Below, piece by piece: positions 9,914 through 18,260 of a DNA stretch of 64,000 bases. The first letter of the stretch is position 1; each line of letters begins with the position of its first letter. Both the position numbers and the translations under genes were made by a program. Location: assembly GCA_965204755.1 (NCBI GenBank), contig OZ242011.1, positions 3,840,001 through 3,904,000 on the forward strand, given 5' to 3'. The notes under the pieces were generated by a model. It made no database searches. It had not been told where the DNA came from and saw nothing but the letters and a program-made list of their open reading frames with translations. Origin of the DNA: Candidatus Marinacidobacterium sp. (lineage in GTDB: Bacteria > Acidobacteriota > Vicinamibacteria > Marinacidobacterales > Marinacidobacteraceae).

Positions 9914-10566
9914 CCGGCGGCGAGGCGGAACTCCCGCCGGAGCGCGACGGGGCGGCGGGTCTCGGGCGGCGCTTCGTTCGGGCGGCGCTGCGGTTCGCCG
10001 CGACCGGGGCGGCGGCGGCCATCCTGGCGTGGGTCGTGATGGCCTACCTCGTCCAGACCTTCCGCATCGTCGGCGGCAGCATGGAACCGGCGCTCCGGGC
10101 CGGCGAACGCGTCCTGGTCCTGAAGGTGGGCCGCCCGGCGGAGCGCGGCGAAGTCGTGGTGTTCCGCGACCCGCTGCGCGGGCGGAACCGGCTGGTGAAG
10201 CGGGTGGTGGGCGTCCCCGGCGACCGGGTCCGCAGCCGGGACGGCGAGGTGCTGCGGATGGCCTTCGTGGATGGCGCTTCCCGGGGCGGGCCGTTCGGGG
10301 CGGAGGGGACCGCGGCCGCGGCGGAACGGCCTTCCGCAGCGGCGGCGTCTCCGGACCCGGCGGGGCTGACCCCGGCGGAACTCGCCCGTTCCGAGGTCAT
10401 CGCCGATGCGCACTACTTCGTCCTGGGCGACAACCGGGCGAGGAGCCGCGACAGCCGTCACTGGGGGCCGCTCCCGGCGGATTCGGTCGTGGGGCGCGCG
10501 GTGCTCCGCGTGTGGCCGCCCGACCGGTTCGGACGGATCGGCGGTTACGGGCCCGAGGACGAATGA
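9910..10566 (+). CDS. lepB: Signal peptidase I
   Basis: GTGA overlap with argS stop; TM segment, GSMEPAL (Ser), VKRVVGVPGD (Lys), YFVLGDNR..SRDSRHWG. Confidence 0.92.
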   Translation: MTGGEAELPPERDGAAGLGRRFVRAALRFAATGAAAAILAWVVMAYLVQTFRIVGGSMEPALRAGERVLVLKVGRPAERGEVVVFRDPLRGRNRLVKRVVGVPGDRVRSRDGEVLRMAFVDGASRGGPFGAEGTAAAAERPSAAAASPDPAGLTPAELARSEVIADAHYFVLGDNRARSRDSRHWGPLPADSVVGRAVLRVWPPDRFGRIGGYGPEDE

Positions 10567-10612
10567 GCCGACTTCGGCGAACCGGCGGCGCGGCGGGGCC
10601 CGGGGCGCCGCA

Positions 10613-12214
10613 GTGAGCGGCTTCCTCCGCTCGCTGCCGCTTCCGCCGGGCGGCTTCCTGAGCGCCTGGACGGACGATCCGGATCGGTTCACCGATCTCC
10701 TGCCGAATCCGTTCGTGGAGGGCGCGGCGGCGCGCGCCGCGGAAGCCGTCACTTGGAGCGGGACCGCGGCCGGCGGAGCGTCCCAACCGCGGGAGGCCGT
10801 CTGCGAGGTCGTCCTGCGTACGAATCGCGAGTGGGGCGCGGACGCGGCCGCGGCGGCCGCCGCGGAGCGTCTGTCGGCCCCCGACGCGCTGGCGGTCGTC
10901 ACCGGCCAGCAGCCGGGGCTCTTCGGCGGCCCGCTCTACTCGCTGGTGAAGGCGATGTCGGCGGTGGCCGCCGCCCGCGAAGTGGAGCGGGACACGGGCC
11001 GACCGACCGTCCCGGTGTTCTGGATCGAGGGCGACGACCACGACTTCGAGGAGATCCGCACGGCTTGGGTGCTCGGCGCCGACGGCGAACCGCGGTCGTT
11101 CCGCTACCGGCCCGAGGAGGAGGCGCCGGGCGTCCCGGCGTTCCGGCGGCTGCTCGACGAGTCGGTCGGGCCGCTGCTCGAAGAGGTCGCGGCGTCCCTG
11201 CCCCGAACCGAGTTCACCGACGAGACGCTGGCGATGGCGAGGGAGGCCTACGCACCGGGCCGGTCGCTCGTGGAAGCGTTCGGGCGCCTGATGCTCGCGC
11301 TCAGCCGTGAGACGGGCTTGGTCGTATTGGACCCGACGACCGCCGCGATCAAGCGGGCCGCCATCCCGATGTACCGGGTCGCCGCAACCGGCCGTTCCGA
11401 GGGGCGGCGTCGAATCGAATCGGCGAACGCGCGCCTGGCCGAGTTCGGGTTCCGACCCCAGGCGGCGACGGACGGCTACGGCATCTTCTCGACCGAAGGA
11501 CCGGACGGACGCCGCCGCCGCTGGGAACCGTCGGGCAAGGCGTCCGAAACCCCGCCCCTGCCCCCCGCCGAGTCCCTGAGCGCGGCCGTCCTGCTTCGTC
11601 CGCTGGTGCAGGACTTCCTGCTCCCGACCGTCGCCTACATCGGCGGCCCCTCCGAACTCGCCTACCACGCCCAGATCGGCGGTCTCTACGACCTCCACGG
11701 TCTCCCCCGCCCTCTCGTCCTCCCGCGCCACCAAGTCACCGTCCTCACTCCGGCCCAACAACGCGTCCTCGACCGCGACGGCGTCGCCTTCGACGACCTC
11801 GCCGCCGGCGACGAGTCCGCCCTCAACCGCCTCGCCGCCGATCCCCGAGCAACCGAAGCGCTGGCCACCGCCCGCTCCGCCGTCGAAACCGGCATGGATA
11901 GTGTCGAGGCCGCCCTAACCACCCTCGACCCCACCCTCACCGCAGCCTCCCAAAAAGCCCGCGGCCGAATCCTCTCCACCCTCTCCGATTTGGAATCGAA
12001 GGCCCTCCGCGCCGCCAAACGCCGCGACGAAGACCGCCGCCGCCGCTACCTCCGCACCCGCTCCGCCCTTTTCCCCGCCGGCGTGTCGCAGGAACGCCGC
12101 CTCAGCCCCATGGTATTCGTGAACCGTTACGGGACGGATTTCGGCAACTGGCTGTATGATGTGGTCAGGTTGCCCGCAGCCGAGCGGCGCACCCGTGCGC
12201 TCACGCTCCGATAG
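10613..12214 (+). CDS. bshC: Bacillithiol biosynthesis cysteine-adding enzyme BshC
   Basis: VVTGQQPGLFGGPLY, VPVFWIEGDDHDFEEI, LRPLVQDFLLPTVAYIGGPSELAY, QER; start GTG 10613 is an estimate. Confidence 0.92.
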   Translation: MSGFLRSLPLPPGGFLSAWTDDPDRFTDLLPNPFVEGAAARAAEAVTWSGTAAGGASQPREAVCEVVLRTNREWGADAAAAAAAERLSAPDALAVVTGQQPGLFGGPLYSLVKAMSAVAAAREVERDTGRPTVPVFWIEGDDHDFEEIRTAWVLGADGEPRSFRYRPEEEAPGVPAFRRLLDESVGPLLEEVAASLPRTEFTDETLAMAREAYAPGRSLVEAFGRLMLALSRETGLVVLDPTTAAIKRAAIPMYRVAATGRSEGRRRIESANARLAEFGFRPQAATDGYGIFSTEGPDGRRRRWEPSGKASETPPLPPAESLSAAVLLRPLVQDFLLPTVAYIGGPSELAYHAQIGGLYDLHGLPRPLVLPRHQVTVLTPAQQRVLDRDGVAFDDLAAGDESALNRLAADPRATEALATARSAVETGMDSVEAALTTLDPTLTAASQKARGRILSTLSDLESKALRAAKRRDEDRRRRYLRTRSALFPAGVSQERRLSPMVFVNRYGTDFGNWLYDVVRLPAAERRTRALTLR

Positions 12215-12237
12215 GTCAGCCACAGAGGAACGGACAC

Positions 12238-13122
12238 ATGAACATCCCCGTAATCGGTGTGGACTGCTCAACCAGTCCTGAGAAGGTCGGGCTCGCCCGC
12301 GGTACATGGTCGAACGGAACGCTCACGGTAAGTGAGGTCACACTCGGCTCCAAGAAGCCGGAGCGAAACTGGCCTCTGCTCGTCCACGAGTGGCTCGATG
12401 ACTCCGCCGACGCCCTCATCGCGCTCGACGCGCCCCTCGGGTGGCCGAGTGCGCTGAGTCGCACGCTCGTCGATCACCAGGCCGGTGCTCCGTTGTCAGG
12501 TGATGTAACCAAGGACGCTGATCTCATGTTTCAGCGTCTCACAGATCGAGTCATCCATCGGATGATCAATAAAAAGCCGATCGAAGTGGGAGCGAACCTC
12601 ATCGCGCGCACGGCGCGTGACGCTCTCCTCCGCTTGGATCGTCTGCGTCAACACCTTCCTGTTCCCGACGGAATCTCCTTGGCGTGGGCTCCAGGACAGT
12701 GTCAGGGGCTCAAGGTCATTGAGGTCTATCCTGCCGCTACGCTCTTGTCTCGAAGACTCCGCATTGCGGGATACAAGCGCGAGATCCGGTCTGCTAAGCG
12801 CAACGAAACGGGTGCCCAACGGCGGCAGCGCGAAGCGCGGAACACCGAGATCCAAGAGGCGCGCCGCGTCTTGATCTCTCGGCTGGGAAAGGTTGTCGAC
12901 ATCAGCATCGGTGACGACGTTGTCACCGAGATGAACAAGTGGGATGACATCTTCGATGCAATTGTGTGTTGCGTTGCCGCTCACGATTTCTTGAACAAAG
13001 AAGTCATTTCACCGCAGGACCCGGAAGTGGCCCGCATCGCGAAGGAGGATGGTCGATGCGTGGAGACTGCGGTGGAAAGAGAGGGCTGGATCTGGGTCAA
13101 GAGGCCGGCTGAGAAGTCGTAG
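12238..13122 (+). CDS. DUF429-family predicted RNase H-fold nuclease
   Basis: VIGVDCS, IALDAPLGWP, R.TD, IEVYPAATL, DIFDAIVC, EGWIWV; lower GC than neighbours. Confidence 0.8.
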   Translation: MNIPVIGVDCSTSPEKVGLARGTWSNGTLTVSEVTLGSKKPERNWPLLVHEWLDDSADALIALDAPLGWPSALSRTLVDHQAGAPLSGDVTKDADLMFQRLTDRVIHRMINKKPIEVGANLIARTARDALLRLDRLRQHLPVPDGISLAWAPGQCQGLKVIEVYPAATLLSRRLRIAGYKREIRSAKRNETGAQRRQREARNTEIQEARRVLISRLGKVVDISIGDDVVTEMNKWDDIFDAIVCCVAAHDFLNKEVISPQDPEVARIAKEDGRCVETAVEREGWIWVKRPAEKS

Positions 13123-14398
13123 TCGGCGGCGGCGTCCGATCCGCCGGGGGTAGCGTGACGCGGTAGGTCTTGCCGCGTCGCTCTCGCCGGATTCTGCCGG
13201 CCTTGTCGAGCCACGCGAGCAACTGCGCCACATGGTGGCCGTCGGTCTCGCCGAGGAGGGTCTTCATCTCGTTCTGGAGGCACGGCCCGTGCTGAGACAG
13301 GGCTTCGGGAATCCTCCGAAATAGGTCTTGGCTTCGGAAGTGTTTCTCGATAGCCGGAATCCGTGCAGCAAGCGGCGGTATCGCTACCACGACTTCGCGC
13401 ATACGGTCGAGCCCGGCAGCGTCGTCGGCAAGAGCCAACATGGTGCCTCCGCGCTCCAAGGCCGGTACGGACGGTGTGTCGAACTTACCGTGGTCCAGGA
13501 TCATCTCGTTCACGAAGTCGAAGATGTGTTCCAGGTTCTCTCTCGCGAACTGGGCCGCGTCATCGTACCGCCGATCGCTGATCGCCCAGTCCATCTCTTC
13601 CATCGTTCGGAAATAGGGGCTCGGCGGCTGCGCGAGGAATGGATCCGTAGTTGTCCAATCTGCGACGCGCCGCTCGGCTTCAGCGACCTGCGCATCAGAC
13701 ATGCGCTCGCGAACGCGATCGCGCCAAACAAGAGTCTCCTTCTTCTCGTCCGGGGGCAGTTCCTGAGCAGACAAACTGATCCACTTGTAGGCCTCGATGT
13801 AGTCCTGCAGCACGCCCTCACCGCGCCAGAAAGCGAGGCCGAGATTGTTCTGAGCGAACGGATAGCCCTGACGCGCTGCGCGATAGAGCCACTTGGCCGC
13901 CATCCCGTGATCTTGCGCAACCCCATCGCCCTCAGCGTACGCGCAGGCGAGGTGGAACTGGGCGTCCAAGTCGTCGTTGTTCGCTGCGAGCCGCCACCAG
14001 CGAACGGCCTCGACCGGATCCGCTGCGACACCGAGTCCGCTGCTGTGCAGGTGACCGAGTTGGCATTGCGCGAACGCAGACCCCTTCCCGGCGGCGCCCT
14101 CCCACCAGCGCCGGGCTTCCGCGTAGTTCTTGTCGACAACCTCCCCCGCAGCGAACAGAAGGCCGAGGAAGACTTGCGCGTCGACATAATTCTGGTCTGC
14201 GGCCCGTCGGATCCAACCGACCGCTGCGGCGCCGTCCTTCCGAACGCCGACGCCGTCGTAATAGGCGCGGCCGAGGTGGAACTGCGCCTCTGCATAACCC
14301 TTCCGGGCCGCCGAGGTAAGGACATCGAGGGCACGGCTGACCTCCTCGACAGTGCCGGCGGGTGTCGATTCAGCCTCCAGCCGTCGGGGTTCTTTCAT
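13097..14398 (-). CDS. Sel1-like repeat protein with C-terminal helical / winged-helix-like region
   Basis: About 5-6 repeats of A.AQ..LG..Y..G.GV..D...A..W...AA.QG, then EAYKWISLSA. Confidence 0.88.
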   Translation of the reverse strand: MKEPRRLEAESTPAGTVEEVSRALDVLTSAARKGYAEAQFHLGRAYYDGVGVRKDGAAAVGWIRRAADQNYVDAQVFLGLLFAAGEVVDKNYAEARRWWEGAAGKGSAFAQCQLGHLHSSGLGVAADPVEAVRWWRLAANNDDLDAQFHLACAYAEGDGVAQDHGMAAKWLYRAARQGYPFAQNNLGLAFWRGEGVLQDYIEAYKWISLSAQELPPDEKKETLVWRDRVRERMSDAQVAEAERRVADWTTTDPFLAQPPSPYFRTMEEMDWAISDRRYDDAAQFARENLEHIFDFVNEMILDHGKFDTPSVPALERGGTMLALADDAAGLDRMREVVVAIPPLAARIPAIEKHFRSQDLFRRIPEALSQHGPCLQNEMKTLLGETDGHHVAQLLAWLDKAGRIRRERRGKTYRVTLPPADRTPPPTTTSQPAS

Positions 14399-15393
14399 CG
14401 GTCGTGCGAGGCTCCCCGTCGAAAGGCCGCCGGATCAACATCCACATCGGTGTTCCCCGCTGGTCGGGAATACAGCACCCGGGCGTGGAACACATCCCAC
14501 TTCGTGAAGTGGGGTGGTTCCAATTCGCCGGAGTACCACATGTGGGAGGGGCGGTGGCCGCTGAGGGGGTGGTAGAGGCCGAGGACATGGCCGATTTCGT
14601 GGTGGACGGCGTAGGGGTCGTCGGGGTCGCGGAAGACGACGACATTCGCCGGGCCGCCGACTCGGTAGGCGAAGGCCTCGGCGCTGTCGGCGCGTTCGGC
14701 GACCTCCCGGGTGTTCCAGCGCAGGATCACGGTTCCGGGGGTGTCGTCCGGCGGAGGGGAATCGGTCGCGGTGACCCGTTCCCCGGTCAGTTGGCCGCCG
14801 GTGAGGAGTTTCACCGTGACGCCGATGGCCTCCGTCACGAACGCCACCGTCGTTTCCGACACGCGCCGGCCGCTCGCCGGTTCCGGCCTCGTGTCGATGT
14901 AGAACTCCGGCTCCTCGTCCCACCGGCGGAGCGGCCGCAACTCGCCGTCCCCCGCCCCGTTCCGGGCGATCTCGCGGTAGAAGTCGAGGTGCCAGAGGTC
15001 GTTTTCGGGAATCACATCCAACTCGGCGGCCTCGTCGGGCGCGCGAATCGTGGTCGTGCGGCTCACGAACCCGGGCGCCGTGATCGTCAGGCGATGGTCT
15101 CCGTCGGGCAGCGCCAGCCCGAACGAGCCGCCGGTCCCCGAGCGGGCGCTGAGGCCGCCCGCGGTGAGCGTCGCCCCGACGACCGGGTCTCCGGTTACCG
15201 TCGCGGTGAGGACGCCCCGGTAACTCGCGGAAGCGGAAGGCGGCGTCGGAGTCGGCGAAGCCGGGGCCGCCGGGCCGGACGAGCCGCCCCCGCCGCAGCC
15301 CGCGGCGCCGGCGACGAGCGCGACCGCGGCAACGAGACGAAGCGCCAGGCGCCGCCGCGCGACAGCGGCGCCCCGGAGCCGCCGCTCCATCAA
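14395..15393 (-). CDS. Lipoprotein zinc metalloprotease (metzincin/matrixin-like) with carboxypeptidase-regulatory-like domain
   Basis: Lipobox AAGC; HEIGHVLGLYH (HExxHxxGxxH) followed by Met-turn SHMWY. Confidence 0.8.
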   Translation of the reverse strand: MMERRLRGAAVARRRLALRLVAAVALVAGAAGCGGGGSSGPAAPASPTPTPPSASASYRGVLTATVTGDPVVGATLTAGGLSARSGTGGSFGLALPDGDHRLTITAPGFVSRTTTIRAPDEAAELDVIPENDLWHLDFYREIARNGAGDGELRPLRRWDEEPEFYIDTRPEPASGRRVSETTVAFVTEAIGVTVKLLTGGQLTGERVTATDSPPPDDTPGTVILRWNTREVAERADSAEAFAYRVGGPANVVVFRDPDDPYAVHHEIGHVLGLYHPLSGHRPSHMWYSGELEPPHFTKWDVFHARVLYSRPAGNTDVDVDPAAFRRGASHDR

Positions 15394-16637
15394 CCGCCGC
15401 CGGCGGCCGGCGCCTCCGCCTCGCCGCGGCGCTGCCCGATCTCCTTGGTGAGCGCCCCGGTAACCACGGCGTTCGCGAACTGGCCCATCAAGTTGCCGCT
15501 GGTCCGGAGGTGGTCGAGCGGGCGATCCATGGCGAAGACCAGGGCGGAGAGCGCCACCGGCAGGCCCATCGCGTCCAGCAGGATCGTGAGGTTCACGAAA
15601 CTCGCGCCGGGAACCCCGGCGACCGCCAGCGAACTGAGCACCGCGGTGAGCCAGAGGATCCCGAGGTCGCCGCCGGTGAGCGCGTGGCCGGTGAGTTGGG
15701 CAATGGCGACCACCGACACCACTTGGTAGATCCCGCTGGAGTCGCGCCCCACGGCGGCGCCGAACGGCAGCGCGAACCCGGCCACCCGCTCCGAAATGCC
15801 GGTCTCGCGGGGCACGGCGGTCATCGAGACCGGGAGCGCCGCCGCGGTGGAGACCGACGCGAAGGCGATGGGGAGCGGCTCCCGGAGCGCCCGCAGGTAG
15901 TTGCCGAGCGGTTGGCGCGCCACGAAGCGGACGAGCATCGCGTGCACGCCGGTCACATGGATCACGGTGGCGATCAGGGTCACCACGAAGTACCAGGCGA
16001 GCGTGCCCAGGATGGCGAGCCCGGAACGACCCACCACCGCCGCGAGGATGGCGAAGACGCCGAACGGCGCGAGCCGCACCACCCAGTGGACCACCCGGTA
16101 GAGCAGGTCGTGGACGGCGCGCAGCACCTCCACGAGGGGCCGCAGCCGGTCGGCTCCGACCGCGTTCACCGCCAGCCCGAAGACGATGGCGAGAAACAGG
16201 ATATGGAGGACTTGGCCCTCGACGAACGCGCCGACCACATTCGAGGGCACGATGCCGAAGAGGATGTCCATCGCCGAGGGCGCCTCCCCGGCCCGCTCCG
16301 GGGCGGCGAAGCCGTCGCCGAGCGCCTGCGCCGCCTCCGCGCCCACGCCCCGGCCCGGCCCGAGGAGGACGGCGAGGCCGATGCCGATGGCCAGCGCGAT
16401 CCCCAGGGTGACCAGGTTGTAGGCCACCGCCCGCGCCCCGATCCGCCCGGCGGCGCGTCCGCCGGAGCCGATGAGCGCGAACGCCAGCGTCACGAAGATG
16501 AGCGGGGCGACCATCATCCGCAGCAACTGGACGAAGAGGTCGGCCACCGGCTCGAGCGCGGCGGCGGGTTCGCCGAGAACCAGCCCGACGACGATCCCGA
16601 GGACCGCTCCCGCGAGCACCTGGAGGTGGAGGGGCAT
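15390..16637 (-). CDS. Dicarboxylate/amino acid:cation symporter (DAACS, GltP-like)
   Basis: F..LLRMMVAPLIF, IVPSNVV.AF, AFAS.STAAALP, AGVPGAS, DRPLDHLRTSGN. Confidence 0.92.
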   Translation of the reverse strand: MPLHLQVLAGAVLGIVVGLVLGEPAAALEPVADLFVQLLRMMVAPLIFVTLAFALIGSGGRAAGRIGARAVAYNLVTLGIALAIGIGLAVLLGPGRGVGAEAAQALGDGFAAPERAGEAPSAMDILFGIVPSNVVGAFVEGQVLHILFLAIVFGLAVNAVGADRLRPLVEVLRAVHDLLYRVVHWVVRLAPFGVFAILAAVVGRSGLAILGTLAWYFVVTLIATVIHVTGVHAMLVRFVARQPLGNYLRALREPLPIAFASVSTAAALPVSMTAVPRETGISERVAGFALPFGAAVGRDSSGIYQVVSVVAIAQLTGHALTGGDLGILWLTAVLSSLAVAGVPGASFVNLTILLDAMGLPVALSALVFAMDRPLDHLRTSGNLMGQFANAVVTGALTKEIGQRRGEAEAPAAGGG

Positions 16638-16750
16638 GGGCGGATTAGAACCTATCGGTCAGCCGCACTTCGGCGCCGACGCCCGGTTCTCTGGAAGGAA
16701 TCGAAGTTCATCTCGGTGGCCGGCCGGACAGATCGTCATGAACCGAAGTT

Positions 16751-17983
16751 CTACGCCGCCTGAGGGCGTTCGAGGATCGGCGACGGGGGCAGGTCGGTCG
16801 CTCTCGCCAGCGCGTCCTCGAGGCCGGACCGCTCTCTTGCCGGCACTCGCGGAGCGGCGCCCTCGAGAACGCCGCGGGCAGCGCCCCGGGCCGCTTCCAG
16901 CGCGCGTTCTCGCATGACAGCAACGCCGGAGTTCCGGAGGTGGAGGATGTCCTCGACGATATCCGCGCCATAACGGTTACGAAAGACGCGCTCCTGCCGG
17001 CGTTCCAAAGACATGCCGACCGCGTGGACGGCCAGTTCCGCAACGAGTTCGCCGTTGGAGAACGGCGTACCCCGTACCGTGGACTCGCGACCGACGACCA
17101 CGATAGACCGTGCGCCGGCCTTGGTGATCCGCACCATTTCCCGTAGCGCCAGGGTCATGTCCAAGGCATACTGGATTACGGTCAGGAAGCGGTTGCCGCG
17201 ATTATGGCGGTTCGACCCGATCTCGCATCGGGCGACCTCCAGGACATCACAGTCGAGCGCTTCCACTGATCGTCGGTAGGCTTGGTGGTAGTTGTGGACA
17301 TTGATGTAGGGCGGCGAAGTAACGACCAGGTCGGCAGTGCCGGACTCGAAGGGCAACGCCCTGGCATCGGCGTGACGAATGCTGACCGGCCGCTCGGAAA
17401 TCGGGAGATCGGCGACTACCCGCTCGATGCGCGACCAGGTGCGATGCACGACGCCGAGATCCAGGCCGGGCTGGAAGAAGTCGCATAGCACGACCAGGGC
17501 GGCGGCGAGGTCCCGTTCCGTGCCCGGGGCCGTCTCGCGCCAAGTCCGCACGAGCCCCTCTTCGAGTCCTGCTCGGGACCGGGCGCGCGGGCGGGCCTCG
17601 ACGAAGAGCGACGGCCCCGGCAGGCCGATGGTTTGGACGAGGCGCGAGCGGACGCTCCGGAGCCGGGTGCGGCGTTCCTCGATGTCCAGGTTCGAGATCG
17701 CGTAGAGACGAGCCAACGCGACTGCCGCCGGATTGAGGTCGCTGCCGTCCGCTGCGAGACCCAGTCGCGCGGCTTCCCCGAGCGAAGTCCCGCTGCCCAC
17801 GAACGGATCCACCACCCGGGCGCCGGGCGGCGCGTAGGCCCGCAGCAACTCCTCGACCAACTGGGGCGAGAACTGGCCCTTCCAGCGGAGAGGATTGGTG
17901 CGGACCCGCTGCGCGATGTCGAGGCGATGCTTGGGCACCGACTCCCGGTCCACGGGAGTCACCGCGAACACGGCGTTCTGCAT
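16751..17983 (-). CDS. Amino-type DNA methyltransferase (probable m4C, alpha motif order)
   Basis: Motif [11 protein letters not shown] precedes motif IV VTSPPY; start estimated at ATG 17983. Confidence 0.85.
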   Translation of the reverse strand: MQNAVFAVTPVDRESVPKHRLDIAQRVRTNPLRWKGQFSPQLVEELLRAYAPPGARVVDPFVGSGTSLGEAARLGLAADGSDLNPAAVALARLYAISNLDIEERRTRLRSVRSRLVQTIGLPGPSLFVEARPRARSRAGLEEGLVRTWRETAPGTERDLAAALVVLCDFFQPGLDLGVVHRTWSRIERVVADLPISERPVSIRHADARALPFESGTADLVVTSPPYINVHNYHQAYRRSVEALDCDVLEVARCEIGSNRHNRGNRFLTVIQYALDMTLALREMVRITKAGARSIVVVGRESTVRGTPFSNGELVAELAVHAVGMSLERRQERVFRNRYGADIVEDILHLRNSGVAVMRERALEAARGAARGVLEGAAPRVPARERSGLEDALARATDLPPSPILERPQAA

Positions 17984-18260
17984 CAGGAATGGCGTGACGA
18001 GAGGCGGCCCGTGCCCGGGCGTCCGATTCGATGGCCGGCGCCGGCGGAGCCCGCCCCGGACGCCCGGCGGACGCGAGATCGCGAACTCCCGACAGCGATG
18101 GGAGTCTAGTCGCAGGTCGAGACACCCGAAGTGGGGAGTCAGACTCGCTCTCGATCTCGGCGTCGAGCGAAAGTCCGGGCCGCGCGGAGAAACATCGAAG
18201 ACGAGGGCCGCCGGCGCGCATCGGCCGACCCTTCTGCCTAAATTCCCCGCGCCCACCGGA

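Noticed and set aside
17984-18260. SAM or cobalamin riboswitch upstream of metH (also checked upstream of yitJ)
   Set aside because: No SAM-I or B12-box consensus recognisable by eye; an Infernal search would settle it
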